A stretch of 64,000 bases of DNA from Minutocellus sp. GHC0000111. Taxonomy: Eukaryota. Shown piece by piece: positions 46,800 to 59,299 of the stretch; the first letter of the stretch is position 1; each line of letters opens with the position of its first letter. The position numbers and the translations under genes were made by a program. Under the pieces are notes generated by a model. The model was not told where the DNA came from. It did not search any database and saw nothing but the letters and a program-made list of their open reading frames with translations. Location: positions 62,001 to 126,000 of the forward strand of contig OZ361258.1 in assembly GCA_977018835.1 (NCBI GenBank), read 5' to 3'.

Positions 46800-49700
46800 T
46801 TATACCTTTTCATGGACTTCCACTGTATTATCGGTACCATCTGCAATGTCCTTCGATGGGTGGCTATTATCTCCAGAAGAATCACTTGGCGCTCGGGTGT
46901 TTTCACTTGGTCTCTTTGCATCACCATTTTTAAGAGGATCAGTCTTGTTCTTGTTCTTCTCGACAGGAACATCGGACTCGTCAACATCTTCGCTCTTCAA
47001 GTCGAGCTCATCGAGGAGTGTAAGAATATCTCCGAACAACTCGCGCTTTTCAGGTTGCTTTCCATCTGGAGTTGAGAAGGAAAAGGAAGGCGGGAACATC
47101 TCCTCTTCATGCTCTTTCATGTAGGTAAGAACCTCTTTTTTCTCTGCTGGTAGAGCTTGTTCCTTGTCGGCAGCCAAAAGCTCGCAGTACAGACCTGCAA
47201 GTAGAACGAGGGTATAGTTTACATGATAGAACAAAATAAGATTTGATGGATGAGAATGATTGTAGATTGGGAAATGTATCACGGTGTAAGGTACACATAA
47301 ATTGAAACACCATACTCACCAAGCACTGGTGTCACAAGATATTCCTGGTCGCATTGTTCCATTCCAATGTGGCCACGAGCACAGCATGTCAATCTGCCAC
47401 TGAAGATCTGGAAGGATGCCTTGATCCAGTCCCAAGTCAATTGTTCAAGCCCACCGCCGTCCGCTGTTAAATACATATTTTCGACACCCCTTCTGCAACC
47501 GTGCGCAAGTTGTTCCGCTCGGCACCAGGCGCGTTCTTGGTACGATATCTTGTCGCACAGGATTCCAGTATCCTTGTGATTGGTCTTTCCTGGAGCGACG
47601 ATGACGAAGTAGTCGCAGGCGCCAGCGTAATTGGTGAGGGAATTGATGGATAGGCGCTGAAGACCGCGGTGAGTCTGTGGGATCGAAGTGTAATCCAGCC
47701 AAATGTACGTATTTGATAGGGTTAGATTCTTCGCCTCGCTGAGCTCATGCAGAGCTGAAACCATTGCATTATACTGAAGATCTTCCGGATCAGGTTCGGA
47801 CCAGGCCAGCCACTGATGGGAGAAGAAAATTAGGACATTGCCTTTCTTGAAACCCTTGAGCTCTTCCATAGTATCGACGGTGAAGAGGCAGTGCTGCGTT
47901 CTTGCATCCTCATGCTTGACCAAACGACCAGCTTTGAGGAACCACTCCGCTGAAACAAAGACCATAGGATGGGCGAGATGATTGACCGTTTCGGTGGCCT
48001 CGTTGACCTTCTCTTGCATCTGTCGGCGCTTCTCGGCTTCAAGCTTCTCAATTTTCTTTCGGAATCGAAGGTTGATGAGACCAAGAAGTACACCGAAGAC
48101 AACAATGCCTGTGGGGATGACAATGGCCATGAGGAGGGCCGCATCAGTGAGCTGACATTCGCTTTCGGACTGGGCGTTGGGTGGAGAAGTTTGCAGCGCG
48201 GGACAGGAAGAGCAGTCACCGCTGCTGCCATAGGTTCCAGGTGTACAGTAGCAGTTGTCTATGGATTCCCCGTAATCAAATGTCTTGGTCTCAGCATTGA
48301 AAGTGGTGGAACCCGCCGGGCAAGGAGTACAGGTAATCCATACATCAGGTTCCGTCGGAAAGAGAGCACTGGCGTCAGTTTCGTATGTATCGGCGTCGCA
48401 CTGACAAACGCCCTTTGGTGCAGCGGCGTCGCCGCTGCGGACAGAATCACAAGAAATACAACGCGTGCCGTCACTTGAGAGAAAGACGTCGTTGGAAGCG
48501 AGACACTCACAGAGTTCGGGACCATCTGCTCCGGTATCAGTCGTATCAGAACCAGGAAGGATGGCATCGCAAGACTTGCAGCTACTTTCGCCAAGACCGT
48601 CCTGGAATTGTCCACGAGGACACTTGAAGCACTGGCAAGTCTCATAGACTTTGACCCCACTAGTTGAAAGGACCGTATGGGCCAAATGTAAATCATGATA
48701 ATCACCAGGTGCATTAGAGTTTTTGAGGCCAACCGCGACAAGATTGAGTTTGGACCGTCACCAGCACCTCATCGACCGAGATGATACTGTAGATAGACTG
48801 CGAAGGGAGATTATCCGCTGATAGAGGATGGTCGGCAGACAAACCATCAAGGACGTCGGGGGTTAGCTCGAGGGTCTGGGGGATGTCGTAGGTCTCCTCC
48901 GGCTGGGCCGCTATGAAGGCAGCAAGCAGCTCTTCCACCTGCGCAGCATTCATATCGACTTCGATACTACCAAGATTGTAGCCACTCCAGAAGAAGTTGC
49001 GACGGTATGCACAAGCGTCATCGCACGAGCCGTAGGTTCCACGACCACACATGGTGCATACATGGTTGTCCTCGGCAGTGCCAAAGGTCATTTGCCACCC
49101 GGCCGAGAGGACTCCGGCGACACCACCGAGCTCAGTACCGCCGTGGCAGGGCTGGTCGCGAACCTCACAAACAGACCCGTCCTCGCGAGTAATCTCGCAA
49201 GTAGTTCCACGGATGTACGAGCCATTGCACACTCCTACCTCGGACCAACGAGACTGGAGGAATTTGTTGTACTCGGCGCGCTGCTGGAGTTGGAGGGCGG
49301 ATGGAGCATACTCCTTGCAGCTTGCGATGCCATCGGCACTGGTCTTCTCCCAAATGAGACAGGTACGAACACTGGCAGCAGCACTGTCCTGGCCTCCACC
49401 GGACCATTCCCCACAGACATCACACTGAGAATTAGTACGGTTGGTGGAGATAAAGCTAGTACAAACGCGAGGGCCTTCGTCATCAGCGCCAGAGCTCTGG
49501 ACTTCATCAACCTCGGTGGGGCACTGCACACCGGCAAAGAGGCCGTTGCCATCGATGAGAACATGGTCGGCCCAAAGCTCTTTCGCCCCGCAAGCCTTGG
49601 TGTACACATCACGAGACTTGTGTTTGGAGAATAGGGTGCAGGCGGCGGTCTCGAAGCTGCCGCAATTCTTCCGGTAGCAGGTCGATTCCCCATTGAAATT

Positions 49701-51586
49701 AGGGTCCTTCCAGCGGAAGTTAACAGTGTCACAACCTTCCAGGGCATCACAAGCAGCCTGGCACCCGGCCTGATCCAGACCGATGACAGGATCGGCGGTC
49801 TGATCGACAGCAGCGCAGGACGTGGCGAGGCCATTAAACTCGTCTGAAACCTTGTAGTAGGTCTTGGTGCACGAAGGTTCAACGGGTTCAGCATCAGGAA
49901 TAGTGCCTTCGTTGGCGGCGCACGTATCGAGGAGGCCAGACACTTCGGCAGCGGTCTCGTCGGGACACTGTACACCGGCAAAGAGGCCATTGCCGTCGGT
50001 AATCACGTGCTCTGGATAGAGCTGGGCAGCACCGCAGGCCTTAGTGTAGACATCGCGGGATTTGTGTTTGGAGAATAGGGTGCAGGCGGCAGTCTTGAAA
50101 TCACCACAATTCTTGCGGTAGCACGTCGATTCCCCGTTGAAGTTGGGATCCTTCCAGCGGAAATTGATGGTATCACAGCCCTCCAGGGCATCACAAGCAG
50201 CCTGGCACCCAGCCTGATCAAGACCAACAACTGGGTCGGCGGTCTGATCGACGGCAGCGCAGGACGTGGCAAGGCCATTGCTCTCGTCGGAGATTTTGTA
50301 GCATTTCTCGACACAGATGGACTCGTCACCGTTGGCATCCTCGTCGTACTCCGTGCAATCGACGGGCACATAGTCCGACGCAACAGCTGCCACCTCCGGG
50401 GCCGGGGGCGGTGTCTCGGGTTCGACGGTGCACTGCACAGCAGCGAAGAGACCGTTGGCGTCGGTAAGGATCTGGTTGGACCACGCGGATTCGGCGCCGC
50501 AGGCCTTGGTGTAGACATCGCGTCCCGGACCGAGGGTTAGGGAGCAGGTGGCCGTGTCGAAGTCTCCACAGGCGCGAAGGTAGCAGGTGGACCGCCGCTC
50601 GCGGTTGGGATCCCTCCAACGGTATTCGATGGTGTCACACCCGGCAAGGTCATCGCAAGCGGCCTGGCAGGCGGACTGGTCAAGATCTATGAGGGGTTCG
50701 GCGATGCTGGCACCGTCGGCCATGGGACAGGTGGACGTTTGTCCATTGAATTCGTCGGTGAGCTTGTAGTACCGGGTGGAGCAAGCCTGAAGATTGAAAT
50801 CAATGGCAGTGAGGGTGGGTGGTGAGGTCAGAATCGAGTCAAGGTATTATGTAAGTGTGAATAGGAAAGATGGGAGAAATCTACCCCACAGTCATTCATG
50901 AGGGGAAAATGTATGTCTCCATTTTCGAACAAACAAGGCAACAAGGCCACGCACGCACACAAATAAACACAGATGTCCAATACAAAACAAGCAATAACAT
51001 CGCGGAAACTCACCTCCTCCGCATCCGGCTCGACACCGGCGGATTCGGTGCACCGGCCCAGGACTTCCGACACCTTTTGGGTCGCCTCGTCGGGACAGAG
51101 AACCCCGGCGAACAACCCATCGAACGACCCGCCCAGGACGTGGTCGGACCAAAGCTCGTCGGCACCGCAAGCCTTGGTGTACACGTCCCGCTCCTTGTGC
51201 TTGGAGAAGAGGGTGCAGGCCGCCGTCTGGAACGAACCGCAATTCTTGCGGTAGCACGTCGACTGTCCGCCGAAGTTGGGATCGACCCAGCGGAAGTTGA
51301 TGGTGTCGCAGCCCGGGAGGCCGTCGCAGGCGGCCTGGCACCCGTTCTGGTCGAGGCCGACGACGGGATCGGCCGTCTGATCGACGGCCGCGCACGACGT
51401 GGCGAGGCCATTGGTTTCGTCGGAGATCTTGTAGTAGGTCGCCGCGCAGGTGGGGGCGGGTTGGGTGCACGTGCCGCCGGAAGCTGCGGCCGCAGTTCCT
51501 CCCGAGCCGTCGGTCTCTTGTGCCGCCACCAAAAGAGAGGACGGAGACGCGGACAGGAAGAGGAGGGCGAAAATCGCGGCGGTCAT
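46800..51586 (-). CDS. Type I membrane receptor-like protein: signal peptide, 4 PAN/apple-like repeats, Cys-rich repeats, TM, cytoplasmic TIR/HET-like domain; introns 50787-51013 and 47195-47319; frameshift ~48722
   Basis: CQAACD...CDTINF...STCY repeats; C..CP.G repeats; TM LLMAIVIPTGIVVFGVLLGLI; FFSHQW, YIWLDYTSIPQ and YQERAWCRAE motifs; splice sites keep the frame. Confidence 0.8.
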
Positions 51587-51824
51587 ACGAACTAGGGGAC
51601 TGGTGGTGGTTGGGACTGTGCGGCGGCGGGGGACACTGCCACGGTGATCAAATAATGACCGCTCGTCAATCGGGGTCGGACCGCTCTCCGCCTCATCCCT
51701 TGGGACAGACGAGGCCAGATTGTAACGTTACCGTACCGGAAGGCAATGCAGCTGGTGGTCCTGCGCGTCGTGCGTTGACATCAGATCAGAGTGTGTGTCG
51801 AGAGAGATGATCCAACTTCATCGA

Positions 51825-53543
51825 TCAATCGTCAGACCCATAGAGATATCCCTTTTGAACGAGATCTTCGAGGAGGTCAATCATTTGCTCTGACAAAAAA
51901 TTCAGTGGTCTGGATGCCTTCCCCCCTTCTTCATTGTCACTAGATCTACTGCAGCTGCGTCCTGCCATCATTGCATACTCGTCAGTGTCAAACAAATGCC
52001 AATCCAATCGACGCTTGCTGGTAATACCTTGTAGAAATAGTTTCATGTCAACCTCTTCTTTCTTTTCGTTCGACCAACTGAGAGACCATACTTCGCCATT
52101 GACAAACAATCTGGCAAATGGCCCATCGTTTTGCATTTCATTGCACTGCTCAGCCTCATCAAGAATGGAATATCCAAAAGTAATGCCCTCAGCCTGATAG
52201 AGAGCACCTTTCCCTTCCAGCATGGCAACAACAGCCTTCTTGGGGTTTCCCCAAAGCCCAAGTTCTTCTTCATCTTCATCGACAAGCGGTACGGGATAAT
52301 TAATACGGGGTCGTTTGGATTCAGAGACGAGCTGGCCAAAGATTTCATCACAATGGTCATCATCATTTATGTACTCCTCAAGAGCTGCCTTGACGAGATG
52401 CCTTGCTTTGTCCTTGGCCATTGCGGTTATTTCACCGCTATTGGCATTTGGGTTGCCACCCCCCCCAACATCGTTATCCTCCAATAGATCTTCATCAGTT
52501 ACCCGTTCGATAGCCTTACCCGCGAACGACGAAGCCATCAACTCCGCCAGTCTAGACATCATATCATTCGCCGAAGGTGCTCGAAGGCCAACACTTAGAG
52601 TTATGCACCCATCTGTTAGCGCTACGCCACAGTGAGGTATCCGAGGAGGGAGGTATAAAACATCTCCAGGGTCGAGCTCAAATACCTCGACGTATCCTCT
52701 CTGCCGATCCTCCTCCCACGTTGACAACACACGCACGTCAATGCCCTCGATGAGAGTATCGTACTCCTCTTGCTCGCTGACGAATCGTTTTCCAACTTCC
52801 CACGTTCGTCTCCCATTCATCTGAACAAGAAACACATCATAGTTGTCGACGTGCGCGCCTATTCCACCGCCAGCATCTGACAAAGTAACCTGCGCATCAT
52901 CGCGTCTCCAGCGAGGGATGAAGGCATACTCTTGTGCGACCCAATCAGCGAGAGATGGGAAGAACCTGTCGACATCATTGACGACAAGAGTCCATTTGTT
53001 ATCATCATCTTCTCCCCCCACTTCTTGATCTGCCTTGTCGCCAAGGATGTTGGCCACATCTTCATCTTCAAAGGGTCCCAGCTGCAATTCCCAAGAATAG
53101 GGATCGTCTGGGCGGTGGGTGATCAATCTCGCTTCCCCATCCTCATCACAGCTGAGGAGGGCAACGTCATCCCACGATGGCCACATGCTACTTTCATCAT
53201 GTTCCTCTTCATCACATTGGGAGAGCAACGTGTCGGCATCGAATGCCTTTCTAATTAATACCGGCCGTCGTCCCCAGCAACCAATGGATGCAAAAACCTC
53301 TCTCGAGAAGGGACCATCGATTATCGCTACATCGATGGCCGATGCTGGTGCCGCGTCAAGTTGTCGTACAGGTGCTCTTGCTCTTGCCCATGCTCGTCGT
53401 GCGCAATTGCATGCGGGATAGGAGACATGCTCAACATGGTTTGATGGTACGAACGAAGACGACGGAATTGGCTGGGCAAAGAGGACAATTGCTCCGATCG
53501 TCGCGGCCGCACGATGATGGTGGCGGTGGTACCCTGGCCTCAT
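51825..53543 (-). CDS. JmjC/cupin 2-oxoglutarate oxygenase, YcfD/RoxA-like
   Basis: FIPRWRRDDAQV, GGIGAHVDNYDVFLVQ..GRRTWEVG, LDPGDVLYLPPRIPHCGVA, TLSVGLRAP (HxD...H triad); N-terminal leader with SSSFVP. Confidence 0.85.
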   Translation of the reverse strand: MRPGYHRHHHRAAATIGAIVLFAQPIPSSSFVPSNHVEHVSYPACNCARRAWARARAPVRQLDAAPASAIDVAIIDGPFSREVFASIGCWGRRPVLIRKAFDADTLLSQCDEEEHDESSMWPSWDDVALLSCDEDGEARLITHRPDDPYSWELQLGPFEDEDVANILGDKADQEVGGEDDDNKWTLVVNDVDRFFPSLADWVAQEYAFIPRWRRDDAQVTLSDAGGGIGAHVDNYDVFLVQMNGRRTWEVGKRFVSEQEEYDTLIEGIDVRVLSTWEEDRQRGYVEVFELDPGDVLYLPPRIPHCGVALTDGCITLSVGLRAPSANDMMSRLAELMASSFAGKAIERVTDEDLLEDNDVGGGGNPNANSGEITAMAKDKARHLVKAALEEYINDDDHCDEIFGQLVSESKRPRINYPVPLVDEDEEELGLWGNPKKAVVAMLEGKGALYQAEGITFGYSILDEAEQCNEMQNDGPFARLFVNGEVWSLSWSNEKKEEVDMKLFLQGITSKRRLDWHLFDTDEYAMMAGRSCSRSSDNEEGGKASRPLNFLSEQMIDLLEDLVQKGYLYGSDD

Positions 53544-53867
53544 CTCGAACAGCCAAAAAATCAATTTACCGATGACATGAACATTTCGGCGACGCGACGG
53601 CCAGACCAACCATAAAGCCGGTGTACGCACGCGTACCTAGCCTAGGTACATACGCGTGCGCACTTCGCGATCCATCTTCAACTTCAAATCCGCCGGCGTT
53701 TTGACATGATAATTCGGTCCTTCCCCTCACAAACAGTCAGTATTCAGTATCGAAGACACAATCCACCTTCATCTCATTCGTCGAGGCTTCGAATCATACC
53801 CTCACACCTATAATCGACTGTCGATTATCGCGTCATATCAAAAACCCCAATCACACAACCTAACATC

Positions 53868-54266
53868 ATGTTTGCCAAAGCCATCTTCATCGCCCTTCTT
53901 GCTGTCTCCGCCCAAGGATTCGCGCCAATTGCATCCAATGGCGCCATCAGGACAGCACAAACCTCTACTTCCCTCGGATACACGGTGACGCTGACCTCAG
54001 ACAAAGAGGGATGGGTTGATCAGGTGATCGAATGCTCTCCCACTACCTTCATCCTCGATGCCGCCGAGCAGCAGGGTGTTCAGACTCCGTACAGCTGCCG
54101 TGCGGGTGCCTGCTCCTCCTGCGCTGGAATTCTGCTTGATGGAGAGATTGATCAGAGTGGAAATTTGTTCCTCGATGATAAGAAGGTTGACGCTGGGTGG
54201 TTGCTGACTTGCGTTGCATATCCCAAGAGCGATTGCACAATCAAGGTCGATTGTGAGGATGAGTGA
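53868..54266 (+). CDS. Nucleus-encoded plastid-targeted [2Fe-2S] ferredoxin (PetF-like)
   Basis: AQGFAP presequence; ILDAAE, PYSCRAGACSSCAG and LTCVAYPKSDC motifs. Confidence 0.92.
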   Translation: MFAKAIFIALLAVSAQGFAPIASNGAIRTAQTSTSLGYTVTLTSDKEGWVDQVIECSPTTFILDAAEQQGVQTPYSCRAGACSSCAGILLDGEIDQSGNLFLDDKKVDAGWLLTCVAYPKSDCTIKVDCEDE

Positions 54267-54737
54267 TTTTCTTGGGGGGTAAATGCCACCATTTACAGAA
54301 CAGAATAGTGAGTTCGATGCTTTGTGCTCGACATATTCGAAGATGCAGCATCAATGGTTATGGTTGTGAGCATAAATTGATACGGTACCGTCGCATTTGA
54401 CTTGCTTTTTGTGTGTGTGTTATGCTCACGGGAAGCAGCAATTCTGGACCGAAGCAAATCCTACTTGTTATATTGTAGAGTCACACTAGTATTATGTCAA
54501 GCAAAAATTTGATATGCATGTGTTAGGTAGGCAGCTTCTGAGCTTGTTAATGCAACTACCGTATATTCCCCTCGAAATATTTTTGTTGTGTACTGTACAA
54601 TTGAAGGAGGCCCTTCGTATTGCTGACCAAAAAGCTAGCTCTATGCGAGCCAAGTTGAGCAGCCAGCCAGGCATCTTTTTGCTCTTTAATCACCAAAAGA
54701 AGAAGGGAAAATCCCCACTTGAACATTGAAACCCAAT

Positions 54738-57085
54738 CTACAACATGCCTCCCTTGATCCATGCCTTCAGCAATGATCGGACGACCAGCAATGCAACGGA
54801 ACCAGATATCACCAGGGCCTTCATCTCATGCATTCGATCGCTAATCCGGCGGAATGTATCAACGCCAGAAACAGATCTTTCAGAAGACAGTGATGCGACA
54901 GAAGCATTACCCTTGGCACTCTCCTTGGCAGCGCTCGAGGCAATACCAACAACTGAAGCGAATTCACTAGACTTCTTGGAAGTATATTTGTGATTTGGCA
55001 TCATCCTTGCCTTGGCTCGGGCACCAGTTGGGATCCTCTTGCCGTGGGTAGCAATTGTAGCCCTGGAAGACGGAGAACCGAGAGTAGGGGCATCACCTGT
55101 CGCATCAATTGGTGTGGTTGCATCTTCTCTACCATTCTTGCGAGATCGATTTAACTTGTTCAATATCTTGAGCGATGGCTCCTTGATAAGCTCGGTGCTC
55201 TTGGCGGCAGTTTCTGATACCCGCATGCGAAATGCCCGGCGCAGGCTGGACCTCTCCCCCCTTCCAGAGTCAGCCTTATCAGTCGTTTGTTCGTTTCCAT
55301 TGGCAACGGAAGCCTTATTCTCAGCCTTTTGCTTGAGGGTATCGCATTCCTTCTTGTACTTTTGCACCACATCGACGTGATGGCGTACACTAGTTTCCAA
55401 TTCATCGACCTTGGCCTGCAGAGCCTCCTTCTCCTCATATGCGTCCTTGGCATCGCCACCGCTACCTCCACTACCAAAGCCCCATCGTCCGCCCTTTCTT
55501 TTCTCTTCCAGTTCGGCCTTGGACTTCTTCAATGCTGCCTCGAGCGATTCGCATCGGACCTGCGCCACGGCAACCTGTTCCTCCATGGCGCTGCATTTGG
55601 CCTTGGCATCGGATGCCTCCTTCCGAAGGGCGGCGATCTTCTCACCCAGGACGGCCTTCTCCTTGAAAGACAGACCGCCATTGTTCTTGCTTGTGGCAGC
55701 ACCTGCTGCTGATGCCTTGACGGCCGCCGCCGCCTTGACCTGAGCCGTTTTGAGCTCCTCCTCGAGCGATGGGCACCGGGCCTTGTATCCCGCGGCATCC
55801 CTTCGCAGGGCAACGTTCTGCTCCTTGAGGGAGCTGTCGCCATTCATCGTCTCCCTCTTGAGGTTGTTGTAGCGCTCGTCGGACTCCGCAGCCTGCTTCA
55901 TGAGCGACGCGAGCTTCTCCTCCAGCACCGACTGGTTAGGATCGTACGGTCCGGTGCCGGCTCGGCGATGCTCGTCACGCTTCCGGGCGTTGCGATCGAA
56001 GATATCCGACATGGTGTTGGCAGCCGAGGATGTGAAGCCGCCAAACGGGTTATTGGCATTATTGCTAGTAGATCCGCCTCTAGTGCCAGCATTGGGCCTG
56101 GTTGATCGATCCTTGGCTGAATTGGCATTGCCATTCCTCTTGGTCTTTTGGCACCACTACCACCACCACCACCAGCAGCATTGGGGGGAGGACCGGTGCT
56201 GCGCGCACCGCTAACCCACGTGCCGCCCATTCCCGAGTAGGGATTCTGCCGTCCCTCCTTGCGCTTCTGGGCATTGCGCTCAAAGATATCCGAGACGGCT
56301 CCACCGTTGGAAACCGTGTCGGTAAAGTCTGTGACGGATTCATACCAAGGCTTTTGGACCTGTACCGTCTGGAAGTGTATTATGCAGAAACGAGCAAGGA
56401 AATATGGATGTGAGATGACTGATGTATTGTTTTGTCTTCGGGAGAGGTGACGGCTCGAGGCTCGAGAGCAATGCCAATTGCAACGATGGAAAATCTACAT
56501 GCGCATTGGATACTCCGAAAGTAGCAAAAGAAGAAAAAAGAAACGACCAAAACATAAAATCCATCCACACCCCAAACATGCACACACCTTTGGCACCTCC
56601 GCAGCTTCGGGGTTGATAATGGCCTGATACGCGGCGTTGATCCTGGCAAAGTCGTCGTTGGCCTGCCGCCTCTCGGCCTCGGTCGAGTCCTTGGTCGTAA
56701 CGGCGTCCGGGTGGTACAGCTTGGTCATCCGCCGGAACGCACGCTTCACCTCCTTCTCGTCGTAGGCCGTCGCGGAACCACCGCCGCCGCCCAACCGGGA
56801 TCCCTCCTGAGTCAACAGGCCGAGGAGGACGTACGGGTCGTTGGTCGAGGGGAGGGGAGAGCTGGCGTATCCCAGGGCCGTGCTGGACGTCGTTGTTTTG
56901 GCGGTTGATGATGATGGCGGCAGGCGTGATGTTGTCGTGGATGTGTCGATGATGTGCCGATGGAAATTGTGGCCGTTGGTGGTGGATCCCGACGACGGAG
57001 CAAATGCCAGGACGGAGGGAACGACGGTGAGGAGGCACAGCAGTGCCCCCGTCGAGGTCGAGGAGGTAGGTTTGCTGGACTTCAT
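54738..57085 (-). CDS. J-domain protein with long coiled coil and C-terminal hydrophobic segment; intron 56369-56587; frameshift between ~56095 and 56150
   Basis: VLAFAP presequence; DPYVLLGL...VKRAFRRMTKLYHPD...FARINAAY; exon 2 has SDIFERNAQKR, repeated as SDIFDRNARKR at the start of ORF 54738-56012. Confidence 0.7.
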
Positions 57086-57473
57086 GGCTTTGCTTGGAAG
57101 CAAAAAATGACCGAGATCCCAACCGTGAGAAATGGAATCAATCCAGCCAATCGAGCAAGTCAAATGTGCGTCATTTTAGATGATTCGGGGTAATGGATTT
57201 ATCGAGCGAGCCGGCCTCGCCGCCTCCCAACAGACAGGATTAGGATTTCAAATTTTGACAGGACATTTTGTCGGTGGCAAAAAGACTTCTATTTGCTTTT
57301 CTGTTGCCTGATGCCACCAGATGCCACACCGAGAAAACGGCATCTCAAGCCACCTACCCGATATCTTTCCTCGGCTGATGTATTGCTGCTCTACCTAGAG
57401 GGTCAATACCACTTCTGATCAAAAGCAGCGCAGCGTGCTCACAATTCCAAAATCAAGCAAGTGTGAAATCATC

Positions 57474-59299
57474 ATGAGGCTCATCCTCCCACGACGAGGT
57501 CTCCTTCGGTCGACGGCCGCCAACCAAGCACCTCTTCTCATCACCGTCGACCAGAAAGACCGTTTGAGCTACTACGAGAAAAGTGATGATGGTGGCGATA
57601 TTCACGATATTGACCCATCGTCCCTTGAAGAGGACGGACCTGTGAATGTGTGCAGCAAAAAACAGCACATCTGCATCCTCGAGACATTGTCGGCATCGAT
57701 CAGCACCATGAGGACCGGTACCGATAAATCCAAAGAGGGGGAACAATCAGACACTATCGCCATCGACCAGACTACCACCAACATCATCGTCACGGACCAG
57801 GAGACCAAGTCAACTCCATCTCCATCTCCTCCCTCACCTCCTACTCATGAGCGGAATGGATCGCATGGATCGCATGGATCGCATGGCACGACCAGCACCG
57901 CCACCACGAAGGTTGCAGCTCATACGACGATATCAACTGAAGCGAAGCCTACCACCAAAAGTAGGATTAATACTTTCAATACTACAAGGCCAAACCTACA
58001 AGTCAACCCAAAAGAGGAGAAGCATTTGGACCAACTCGTGAAATTCATCGACAGCATCATGACTAGTAATGAAAAAGAGCAGCAATCCCCAGAGACCGAG
58101 CCAGTCCATGCCGAATCTTCCCCGATAATCACTTCAGATGTTCGCCCCAAATTTCAATTCGAAAGTGGATGCCAAGCTGACGAGGCCCATTGCAACGTCG
58201 CTGACGACGACTTCACCCAGGCGGAAGAAAAGGACCTCGACTTCTACTTTAATGAGGATCTTGACGACATCGTCGTGTCTATTATGGACGACGTGTCAGT
58301 TCGGTTGCACTTTCAGGCATCCTCTCCTCCAACACAGCTCACGATAACCAAGAGATTCGAGAGAATAAAACAAGCGCAAAAGTACCAGATCAGAAGATGG
58401 GCAAGCTCCGAGATGTGGATGAAGACGCAGATGCGTTAATGACTACAGAAATTAATGGCTCACGAGGAATTCATCATGATTCATTCGGCAATGCCGAGAT
58501 ATTTCATCTCGAAGCGGCAAAGGCGCCCTTTCAGCTGAGCTACATGAGCGGAAATACGGAGGTAAGCAGTCTTACGCGAAAAGGCAACTTTCTGCCTCGA
58601 TACTTCATCAGATACTCACACCATACTCCTCATTTTGTTGGCCCCTATATTCAATAGCTTATTCTGATCCAGCAGAAAAAACCTTCTTCCAAAGGCATCG
58701 GTAACGTCAAAATGATTGGCGATCGGCTTACGTGGTCAACGACATTATCAAAGAGAAACGGGGTGGCCTCAACTGTGCTTGTGTCACCTCAAGCATCATC
58801 GAGCGAAGCGTTCACAACTCCGCCTCCCTTGGATGACCTTTCCAGCACTGGCAGCGAGCCAACTGATGATGAAAGCATGTCCTCTGAAACAACTGAAGAG
58901 GACGAGGAAGAATTTCAAGAGGACGTCCAAGTGCTTTTGAAGAGCCTTCGCTCAGAAATTAGCGCAATGACACGCGACATTATCTTTCCAATCAAGGAGA
59001 ACGGACACGAAGGAGGTGACCATCTGGTCAAAGACGAACCATCGGTTTCAAAGGCTGTTGCCGATATTGTCATGCAGGTTAATAGGGATGCCTACGATGG
59101 GCTCATTGCTTTGTGTGCTGATGCAATGAACCCTCAGGGCACCAGTGGAAGTACTCCTTCCCCGACTACTACGGCGAATGTTCAAAGGAAGGAAAGAGTG
59201 CCTGAGGTACCGGCAAAACTAAGAAGCACCATCCAGCTTGTCGCATCAGATCTGACGGATGCATCAGCTTATTCGGCAGATCTCTTTTCCAGGGACTAA
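57474..59299 (+). CDS. Hypothetical low-complexity protein; intron 58562-58657; apparent frameshift ~58350-58390
   Basis: ORFs 57435-58439, 58397-58657 and 58712-59299 are linked by one frame change and one in-phase GT-AG intron. Confidence 0.55.

Noticed and set aside
57856..57886. 9-bp tandem repeat ATGGATCGC x3
   Set aside because: Ordinary coding microrepeat (GSH)n in a low-complexity protein.
9655..58390. Programmed ribosomal frameshifting as the cause of the split ORFs
   Set aside because: No shared slippery heptamer or downstream structure seen; the sites are heterogeneous short runs.
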